Assembly (NCBI GenBank): GCA_039815185.1
Contig: JBCBZT010000038.1
Span: forward strand, 1-64,000
Reading direction: 5' to 3'
Origin: Cyanobacteria bacterium P01_A01_bin.123
Lineage (GTDB): Bacteria > Cyanobacteriota > Cyanobacteriia > Phormidesmidales > Phormidesmidaceae
Length of the DNA: 64,000 nucleotides
Position numbers and translations under genes: made by a program. The notes under the pieces are model-generated. The model saw nothing but the letters and a program-made list of their open reading frames with translations, was not told the DNA's origin and searched no databases. Shown here piece after piece: positions 49,240-57,079 of the stretch; positions within the stretch are counted from its first letter, which is position 1, and the number at the start of each line of letters is the position of its first letter.

Positions 49240-49626
49240 CTAGGTCATTTCATGAACAGATTCGCTGAAGTACCATACGACAGCTAATGTCCAAACGAGT
49301 TCTAGCAGCAAGATCCAGGTGATGCGGGAACGAAAAGGGGGCGGAAAGCGTTGCACTTGTGATCGGGGGAGCCAAGTGGTTAGGACATAGCCAAGCGGCA
49401 ATCCCCAAGGTAGAAACGAACCGAGATAAAGCACCAGCGCCCAAGTTCCAGAGCCCAAACCGGACGTGTCAGCAATCACTTCGCGCTGGAATAAGCCATT
49501 GAGGACAAACTGCCAGCCTTCATAGGCGATCGCACCGGGAATGCCCAGCGAAAAAAAGTGCAGCCCCAACATTCCCAGGGCGGCCACCATCCAATAGAGC
49601 AATATAAGCCAGCGAAATCCCATCAT
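49240..49626 (-). CDS. Hypothetical membrane protein
   Basis: Three hydrophobic segments. Confidence 0.55.
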   Translation of the reverse strand: MMGFRWLILLYWMVAALGMLGLHFFSLGIPGAIAYEGWQFVLNGLFQREVIADTSGLGSGTWALVLYLGSFLPWGLPLGYVLTTWLPRSQVQRFPPPFRSRITWILLLELVWTLAVVWYFSESVHEMT

Positions 49627-49845
49627 AAGAAGACACCACGAAGAGACTGAGGAAGAAACGTTGAACCTGTTGGGTCAACTCTCCTGTCACTATTACGAGG
49701 CTGTCCTACCTATACATCTATAGTAGAGGGTTGACGTGGAATGATGCTCTCTAAGCATTACGACTCAGTAGTTGTGTCGCAAACCAAGAATTCTTTCAAG
49801 TGAGCAATTTCTGTCAAGCGTCACGGAGACTCAAGGCGTAGTCTA

Positions 49846-50079
49846 TTGACAGGCGAGGAGGATACTTGGTTGAGCATATCTACTGCTGAAAACTATCAAG
49901 CTAGATTTTATGACGTGCTTGAGTATATCGATAGGCATCTGGATAACGACCTAAGTGTCGAACATCTCAGCCGCATTGCAGCATTCTCGAAATATCATTT
50001 TAACAGGCAATTCTCTGGATTTTTTGAGATCAGTGTCTATAAATGCTTTTGGCGTTGTAGAAAGAATCTTTGGCGCTAA
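49846..50079 (+). pseudogene. AraC regulator N-terminal fragment
   Basis: YIDRHLDNDLSVEHLSRIAAFSKYHFNRQF, then truncated. Confidence 0.8.
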
Positions 50080-50185
50080 TTTTCCTTAAACCCTTTTAGA
50101 GTGGGTATCTCGGCAAGAAGTATGGCAACTGCCATAGAATGCGAGCATTTCTGACAGTCTAAATCCTATATTAGGAGGAAATACA

Positions 50186-51955
50186 ATGGTTTATGGACAG
50201 ATCACGCCAACAGCCCTTAACACAGCAACGAACGACAATAATATTGACGGCTTGCTTTGGTATAAACGCTGGGCCTCGAACAGAATAACGTTCAGCTTCA
50301 CGGATGACTTTAAGAATGACTATGAAGACGAATTAGGCTATCTCTTTAGCACCACACATGAAGCCACGTTTGAAATGTTTAATGCGACTCAGCAGGCTGT
50401 CGCCCGAGCGTGGATGGAGATGTATGAAAATGTCGCGAATCTTGATTTAGTTGAACTAACAAGTGCTAACGATCGCAATGCCACTATCCGAATGGGCAGG
50501 TCACAAGCCGTTCTTAACGGAGCCTTCACTCAAGTACCTCCCGGTAACGAAGGCATAGACAATATAGGGGATGGCGATATTTGGTTTGGCGTCACATTTG
50601 ACAATCCACTTCTGGGGACTGGTGACTATTTGCTATACGGTCATGAAATTGGTCATGCTTTGGGCCTAAGTCATGGGCATGAACCCTTTGGGGTCCGAGA
50701 AGTCGCGATGAATTCTAATCGCGACTCAATGGAATTCTCAATCATGACCTATCGTTCTTATATTGGTGGGCCTACTCGCGGTACTAATGAGTCTGGGGGA
50801 TTTGCACAGTCTCTCATGATGTATGACATTGCGGCGATTCAACACATGTATGGTGCGAACTTTAACTACAACGCTGGCAATACAACTTACACGTTTTCTC
50901 CGACGACTGGAGAGATGTCAATCAATGGCGTTGGTCAAGGGAGACCATTAGTACGCAATAATATTTTTCGTACCATTTGGGACGGCAATGGTTTAGATAC
51001 CTACGACTTCTCAAACTACACAACTAAGCTCAGAATAAATCTTGCTCCCGGAGGTTGGAGTGATTTGGATGTGGGCGGCAATTCACAACGGGCTCGCCTT
51101 AATGCAAATGGCAATGAATATGCTCGGGGACATATTTTCAATGCCTTGCAGTATGACGGTGACACCCGTTCGCTCATTGAGAGAGCCAAAGGTGGATCTA
51201 ACAACGACCAAATTTTGGGCAATGATGCCAGAAACTATCTATACGGCAATAGCGGTAATGATGGGTTATACGGCTATGGTGGCATCGATAACTTGTATGG
51301 ACACGCTGGTAACGATTCCCTTTATGGCCATGACGATAATGATTTCCTCTATGGCTGGACTGGCAATGACAAATTATACGGTGGTGCAGGAATAGATAGT
51401 CTGTACGGTCACTGGGAAGACGACCATCTGGATGGGGGTTCTGGCAATGATCGTCTTTGGGGTGGATCTGATAACGACACTTTGATAGGTGGTGCTGATA
51501 GCGACGAACTCAGCGGTTCCGCTGGCAGGGATATTTTGATTGGAGTCAACCCCTATGCTCAAACGGGGTCTTCAGAAATTGATGAGCTTATTGGGGGTTC
51601 TGGTCGCGATCGCTTTGTTCTAGGTGTTGGCGCCCCTGGCAGCGCAACTTGGATTGGAGGAGCTTCTCCTCGTGTTTTCTATGACGACAACGTTAATGTA
51701 AGTGTCGGGCGATCAAGCTATGCGCATATTAAAGATTTTACGATTGGCGAAGATGACATTCAGTTGCGAGGTTCTAGGAATGATTACCGACTCAGTGATT
51801 ATCAAGTCAATGGTCGTTTAGGCACAGGTATTTTTTATAACAGAGGACAAATTACTTCGGAACTTATTGGCTTTGTGGAGGGAGTCACGCAGGGTACGTC
51901 ACCTGATCAGCTCAATCTCTCTTCTCCGCTTGGATCTCAATTCACTTGGGTATAG
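50186..51955 (+). CDS. Serralysin-like M10 metallopeptidase with RTX Ca-binding repeats
   Basis: HEIGHALGLSH, Met-turn SIMTY, MMYDIAAIQHMYG, GGxGxD repeats. Confidence 0.93.
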   Translation: MVYGQITPTALNTATNDNNIDGLLWYKRWASNRITFSFTDDFKNDYEDELGYLFSTTHEATFEMFNATQQAVARAWMEMYENVANLDLVELTSANDRNATIRMGRSQAVLNGAFTQVPPGNEGIDNIGDGDIWFGVTFDNPLLGTGDYLLYGHEIGHALGLSHGHEPFGVREVAMNSNRDSMEFSIMTYRSYIGGPTRGTNESGGFAQSLMMYDIAAIQHMYGANFNYNAGNTTYTFSPTTGEMSINGVGQGRPLVRNNIFRTIWDGNGLDTYDFSNYTTKLRINLAPGGWSDLDVGGNSQRARLNANGNEYARGHIFNALQYDGDTRSLIERAKGGSNNDQILGNDARNYLYGNSGNDGLYGYGGIDNLYGHAGNDSLYGHDDNDFLYGWTGNDKLYGGAGIDSLYGHWEDDHLDGGSGNDRLWGGSDNDTLIGGADSDELSGSAGRDILIGVNPYAQTGSSEIDELIGGSGRDRFVLGVGAPGSATWIGGASPRVFYDDNVNVSVGRSSYAHIKDFTIGEDDIQLRGSRNDYRLSDYQVNGRLGTGIFYNRGQITSELIGFVEGVTQGTSPDQLNLSSPLGSQFTWV

Positions 51956-52025
51956 GATCCAATGCAATGAGTAAAGTGAAAAGCTTGAAACGACTTAATT
52001 CTATGAAAATGCCAAGATTCAACTG

Positions 52026-52460
52026 ATGTACATGCAACTTGGAGCTGTCAATCATATTGCAATCTGTGTATCCGACTTGGCACGCTCAATGAGTTTTTAC
52101 CGGCCAATCCTGAAATTTCTAGGCTATGAGAATACTGAAAGCTTTCCGGGGGTTGAAATATGGGAATCCCATGCAACTGGCACTGCCATAAACCTATGGC
52201 AGGCAAAGGAAGAACATCGTGAATCGAGGCATTATGACTACGCACCGGGACTACATCATCTCGCGTTTCATGCAGCGGCGCGCAAAGAAGTTGACGACTT
52301 CTACCGATTGCTCAGCGAAATTGGCGCTGAGATTGTAAATGAACCCGCAGAGTATGATTATGCGCCTGGATATTATGCGGTGTTCTTTCGAGATCCTGAT
52401 GCAATCAGAATTGAGCTTGCACATATTCCAGCACTGTCAAATGCCCCAGTTGCTGGCTAA
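52026..52460 (+). CDS. VOC/glyoxalase family protein
   Basis: NHIAICVSD, GLHHLAF and YYAVFFRDPD motifs. Confidence 0.9.
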   Translation: MYMQLGAVNHIAICVSDLARSMSFYRPILKFLGYENTESFPGVEIWESHATGTAINLWQAKEEHRESRHYDYAPGLHHLAFHAAARKEVDDFYRLLSEIGAEIVNEPAEYDYAPGYYAVFFRDPDAIRIELAHIPALSNAPVAG

Positions 52461-52466
52461 CACTTT

Positions 52467-53297
52467 CTACTTTACAGCAACCCAAATCTCGTAGCCGCCG
52501 AGGCCCGTCTCGGGATCAAAGCCTGATCCGTACTTCTCCAACGTCGGACCTTGTGCCGCTTCAAGCCCAGATTCCGGCAATCCCGCACTCCAAATGGCGG
52601 CGATCACCGCACGGATTTCCGCGATGTGGCCTCCGTGAGCGAAGACTGCGTACTTCTGGCTTGGCAGATTCATGTAAAGCAGACCAAATGGAACGATACC
52701 TTTTTCGGAGGTCTCGACACCCGTCAGGTAATCAAACTTGCTGTCCTCATCGAAATTGAAACAGATGCCATAGGCATCCTGACCTACTTGGCCAGAGATG
52801 TCGCCCAAGTACTGCTGAAATCTCTGCCATTGATCAGGAATGCCAGCCGGTGACTTGCAATCGTATCGATCGAGGATTCCGATCATTCGCTTCTGCGAGA
52901 GAGATTCAATGCGGGGTTTCTGCAGTTTGGGAGTCGGGGTTGTTGTCATGGCAAACGCCTTCGTTAATGTCAGGTTATTGACGTGCCCTTGGCTACGAAC
53001 GTATCCAGGAGTTAATTGAAACTCCTGCTTAAATGCACGGGAAAATGCCTCGTGCGAACCATAGCCATGGTCAAGTGCAAGGGACAAAATATCGGCTACT
53101 CCGAATGCCAGCTGTTTTGCTGCTTCGGAAAGCCGGCGCTGACGCACATATCGCATCAACGATATTCCAAATATCGTCGAGAATGCGCGTGTCAAATAGT
53201 ACGGGGATACGTCGCTCGCGATGGCAACTTGCTCAAGCGTAATCGGCATGCGAGAGTGACTTTCGACATACCACAACGCCTTTTGAACTGGATTCAT
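52467..53297 (-). CDS. AraC family regulator with GyrI-like effector domain
   Basis: N-terminal AraC HTH (GYGSHEAFSRAFK) plus C-terminal GyrI-like domain. Confidence 0.92.
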   Translation of the reverse strand: MNPVQKALWYVESHSRMPITLEQVAIASDVSPYYLTRAFSTIFGISLMRYVRQRRLSEAAKQLAFGVADILSLALDHGYGSHEAFSRAFKQEFQLTPGYVRSQGHVNNLTLTKAFAMTTTPTPKLQKPRIESLSQKRMIGILDRYDCKSPAGIPDQWQRFQQYLGDISGQVGQDAYGICFNFDEDSKFDYLTGVETSEKGIVPFGLLYMNLPSQKYAVFAHGGHIAEIRAVIAAIWSAGLPESGLEAAQGPTLEKYGSGFDPETGLGGYEIWVAVK

Positions 53298-53370
53298 CTA
53301 ATCTCCCTTGCCACTCACCAGACTGAATTCTACGAAAGGCAATTGATGTCGCTTGATAATTCTTGCGGTC

Positions 53371-53585
53371 TCAAACAATTTCCCACCCAACTCGTGCAAG
53401 AAGCTGACGAATAATCGCATGTACCGGAGCCGCCGCGAATTCATCTGACAACGCAGCGCGAGTCAGTATTTCAACACCGATGCGGATATCGCCTCCCGCC
53501 ACACCAAAGGCCTGTTTCACCATTTTGCTACCGAGCATCGATCCGGGATTAACCGCGATGATGGGTAAGCCTTTCGCATATCGCG
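53371..53585 (-). pseudogene. Short-chain dehydrogenase C-terminal fragment
   Basis: IIAVNPGSMLGSKMVKQAFGVAGGDI; N-terminus replaced by a REP. Confidence 0.65.
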
Positions 53586-53593
53586 TGGTTGAA

Positions 53594-53623
53594 GTTGGGT
53601 TTCGTTCCTCAACCACAACCTAC
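53594..53623 (-). repeat. REP of the GTAGGTTGGG family
   Basis: GTTGGGTTTCGTTCCTCAACCACAACCTAC resembles the core of the 8682-8750 hairpin. Confidence 0.7.
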
Positions 53624-53748
53624 ATACTGTGCTGCCAGGGATGTAGGCACGACGGTAATTGGGCATACAGGTGAAAGGTGTGGTCTGTTTAGAGTGCCCG
53701 GTGAAAGCGTCAGGAGCTATATGGGGAAGGGTAAAGAGGGAGCGCACC

Positions 53749-53774
53749 AGTGTTGGTGGCAGTGCCCACCCTAC
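53749..53774 (-). repeat. REP (AGTGTTGGTGGCAGTGCCCACCCTAC)
   Basis: One G shorter than 9054-9080. Confidence 0.85.
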
Positions 53775-53815
53775 GCTTGCTTAAATCCATATAAAAGTGA
53801 GGTTTAATAGATAGG

Positions 53816-54538
53816 ATGCCGCCAGAAGACTTAGGGTATGAAAAGATGTATCAGGCAACCATAAATGGGGACATCAAAGCACTTAGGCAGATCCTTAAAA
53901 AATATCAATGCGCCAATAACAAAGATGGACTAGGGAGAACTCCCCTATTCTATGCTGTGCAAAAATCTCAAGATGAAGCAGCATTGCTATTAATCGAAAT
54001 GGGTTCTGAGATTAACTTTCAAGATACTCAAGGCAAAACTCCCCTACATGTGGCTGCCCTGTATGGGCAGGAAAAAATGGTTCAATTGCTTATAGAAAGA
54101 GGTGCCAATCTTGAAATAAAAGATCTCATGTACCTAACTCCTTTGGGAGTGTCAGTTGCTGAAGGTTACGAGAGCATTGCTAGACTGCTGATTAATTCAG
54201 GTGCAGATGTAAATGTGAGGTTGGGGTCTTCTGAGTCCAGCGATACTTTGCTACATATGGCTGTTTCAGCAATGAATAAGAAGAGGAATATAAAGATAGT
54301 AGAACTACTATTATCTAGCGATGCTGATGTCCATGCTAAATCAGGGATGTTCGGTTACACTCCTCTCTATTACTTAGAAGATTATGCAAATTTTGGACTC
54401 TCTTGGCTCCCCTCCTATTGGCGTAAAGATGAGGAGATTGAGGAACTTCTTAAGCGGTATGGTGCATCTTCTAAGATGTATGACTGGGCTAAACCTATGC
54501 ATATAGTCAGAGATATCCTCCGCACTTGCTCCTCATAA
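53816..54538 (+). CDS. Ankyrin-repeat protein (AT-rich)
   Basis: GRTPLFYA, GKTPLHVAA, TLLHMAV and GADVN motifs. Confidence 0.92.
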   Translation: MPPEDLGYEKMYQATINGDIKALRQILKKYQCANNKDGLGRTPLFYAVQKSQDEAALLLIEMGSEINFQDTQGKTPLHVAALYGQEKMVQLLIERGANLEIKDLMYLTPLGVSVAEGYESIARLLINSGADVNVRLGSSESSDTLLHMAVSAMNKKRNIKIVELLLSSDADVHAKSGMFGYTPLYYLEDYANFGLSWLPSYWRKDEEIEELLKRYGASSKMYDWAKPMHIVRDILRTCSS

Positions 54539-54550
54539 GTTGTAAGCTAG

Positions 54551-54919
54551 CTGGCTGCAACCATCCATCCCGATGAGGGTGAAACCCTAACCCAGCTACT
54601 GGATGCGATTGCCCCCGGCACCACCCCAGCCACCGTCGATTGGAGCGAGATTATCTATTCCGATGCACCGCCTGCTTATCTGAGCGACAACGACCAGATG
54701 CAAACGGAATACACCAAGAACGGCAGAGTCAAGGCCACCATCGACGAACGAGGCAACCGCACCGAGTTCCGCTATGACACCCTGGGACGATTGACTGGGG
54801 TGACGGATGCGATGGGCTTCTTGACGGAGTATCGCTATGACGCTGTGGGTCGTTTGATTGAGGTGGAAGACGCCAATGACAACGTCACTCAGTTAGCAGA
54901 ATTGATTGCAGCAGCTTAA
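54551..54919 (+). pseudogene. Rhs/YD-repeat protein internal fragment
   Basis: Frame open from 54551 without a start; TEFRYDTLGRL and TEYRYDAVGRL YD repeats. Confidence 0.8.
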
Positions 54920-56094
54920 GAAAGCATCGTCCGAGTAATTTGTTGTTTAAAGGTGCTCATCCCTGCCGTGACCACCAATGAAAACCCGGTGCTGATCACC
55001 AAAATAGTGGCCACTTCCGCAATAATTAACCGAGAAATCATCCCCCGACTGCATCCCAGCTTAAAGCTGGTTTCGATTTCTCGCTGTCGCAATCGCAAAG
55101 ACAGATTAAACACCAAAATTAGGGCGATCAGGGTGGTAATCACCACCAGAATGAAAACTAGGTTCAACACATTGCGAATTTTGAAAATTTCCACCAGCAG
55201 CTCTTCAACCACAGTGGTCGGTCGGATGATTTGACTGCTGGCCTCGCTGACTTCATAACGCCCCCTGAGAATCGCCGCCGCCCTCTCATCCTGGGGCACG
55301 GCAATAATGGCGGTTAGCGGAAAGGTTTCCGTCGCGCCATGGAAGTGGAAAGACGCCAGATTATCCGCTGTGATCTCGTTGTATTGGGGCAAAGCCGCAT
55401 TGGCCGTGACGGTGTTGCCCTCCTGTTCGAGCACCACATCTTCATCCGTGGGTTGGGCTAAATCTTGGTGCCCATGCCCCAAACCCTGAATCACCCAAGT
55501 GGTTTTAATATCGACAAAAACAGCGCGATCGTCAGCAGTGTAGGATCTGTCGAGAACGCCAACCACCTTCATTTTGAGGGGGTAGTTGCCGCCAAAGTCA
55601 AAGACCGTTTCGGGTGAAGAAATGATGCTATCCCCAGGCTTTAGCCCCAGCGTCGCAGCTACTTCAGCACCCAGAACAGCATCTCCTAAAATGCCAAAGG
55701 CACGCCCCTCTGCCACTGCCAACTGGCGTAGATCCAGATAGTCTAGGGTGGTGCCAATAATGGGAAAGTTGCGGGCTTGGAAGTGGGTGTGCAGGGGAAT
55801 GGGAACTGCCAGATTTGAAGTTTGGATTTCCGCTGCCTCAGCCATGGTGATCGGTTCAGGGGGCGCTGAGGCAAAGTAGAGCGAATTAATTGCCAAATCC
55901 AAATCGCTCCCCTTAGCCCCCACAATCAAAGGGGTCGTTTCAGCCCGAGCCATCAGTTCCCGTTCACTAGCTGATAGCAGTAGGTTTAGGCTCAAGGGCA
56001 GCGCACCGACTAGGGTGACGCAGGCGATCAAAATCGTCGTGCGCAGCTTGTTAAAGCTGAGGTATTTCCAGGCGAGATAGAGGCTGGGTGGCAT
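54916..56094 (-). CDS. FtsX/MacB-like ABC permease with His motif
   Basis: AWKYL start, periplasmic domain with GLGHGHQD, C-terminal RLRQREI...KLGCSR. Confidence 0.88.
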   Translation of the reverse strand: MPPSLYLAWKYLSFNKLRTTILIACVTLVGALPLSLNLLLSASERELMARAETTPLIVGAKGSDLDLAINSLYFASAPPEPITMAEAAEIQTSNLAVPIPLHTHFQARNFPIIGTTLDYLDLRQLAVAEGRAFGILGDAVLGAEVAATLGLKPGDSIISSPETVFDFGGNYPLKMKVVGVLDRSYTADDRAVFVDIKTTWVIQGLGHGHQDLAQPTDEDVVLEQEGNTVTANAALPQYNEITADNLASFHFHGATETFPLTAIIAVPQDERAAAILRGRYEVSEASSQIIRPTTVVEELLVEIFKIRNVLNLVFILVVITTLIALILVFNLSLRLRQREIETSFKLGCSRGMISRLIIAEVATILVISTGFSLVVTAGMSTFKQQITRTMLS

Positions 56095-56355
56095 GGGGGG
56101 GAGATAGGAGGGTGAGAAGTCGAGAGAGTGGGGAGTGGGGGAAGCAGGGGAGCAGGGGGAGTGGGGGAAGCAGGGGAGCGGGGGAGCAAAGAAGGAATGG
56201 ATTGGGGAGGGAGAGACGCGATTAAGAATCTTTTGGCTTTGCTCTGCGAATGCATCTATGGAAAGAAGCTTTTCCCGATATGGAAAAGGAAGCCTGATTT
56301 ACGTTCTTTGAGATTTTGCCCCCCTTGCTCCCCTGCCCCCTCCACCCCCCTTGCT
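56095..56355. repeat. G/C-rich short tandem repeats (GGGGAGCAG/GGGGAAGCAG), inverted at the two ends of the spacer
   Basis: G-rich tract 56095-56190 and C-rich tract 56318-56355. Confidence 0.7.
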
Positions 56356-56359
56356 CTAT

Positions 56360-57079
56360 TCACGATGCCAAGGCTTGCACCTCCGCCCCAGTTGTTGAGG
56401 TAGGTGTGAACACCATGGCTTGCTTTAGATCGACGACTTGGTCAAAGCGATCGAGGAGTTCATGGTCGTGAGTGACGGCGATTAGGGTTGCCTGCTGGGT
56501 TTTGACGTAGTTAAAGAGAATATCGAGGATGCGGTGTTTGTTGGCTGGATCGAGGTTGCCCGTAGCTTCATCGGCAAGGAGCACTTGGGGTTGGGGTAGC
56601 AGGGCGCGGCAGATGGCGACGCGCTGTTTTTCACCCTGGGAGAGGGCTTTCACCGATCGCTTGAGCTTATCGGCAATCCCCAGTTGGTCGGCTAACTCAA
56701 TCGCCCGCTGCTTCACTGCGGCATTGAGGGTGAGAGCTGGGTTGAGGCGATAGGGGTGGAGGATGTTGTCGAGCACATTGAGGTATTCCAGCAGTTCAAA
56801 GTCTTGGAAGACAAACCCAATATGGGAAATCCGGAATTGCCGTCGTTCGGCATCAGAGAGCTGGTGGATGGCAGTCTCTCCGATCTGAATTTGCCCTGCT
56901 AGGGGTGGCCGAATGCCTGCAATCAGATGCAGGAGGGTGGTTTTGCCAGTGCCGCTTGGCCCAATCATGGCAATGCTCTGACCCGTGTTGACCGTGAGCT
57001 GGGGTAGCCCCAGCCGGAATTCTCCCCGGTCATACTGAAATTCGAGATCGGTTATTTGAATTAAGGGATTAGAGGTCAT
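56360..57079 (-). CDS. ABC ATP-binding protein (LolD/MacB-like)
   Basis: GPSGTGKT, LSQGEKQR and ADEATGNLD motifs. Confidence 0.95.
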   Translation of the reverse strand: MTSNPLIQITDLEFQYDRGEFRLGLPQLTVNTGQSIAMIGPSGTGKTTLLHLIAGIRPPLAGQIQIGETAIHQLSDAERRQFRISHIGFVFQDFELLEYLNVLDNILHPYRLNPALTLNAAVKQRAIELADQLGIADKLKRSVKALSQGEKQRVAICRALLPQPQVLLADEATGNLDPANKHRILDILFNYVKTQQATLIAVTHDHELLDRFDQVVDLKQAMVFTPTSTTGAEVQALAS

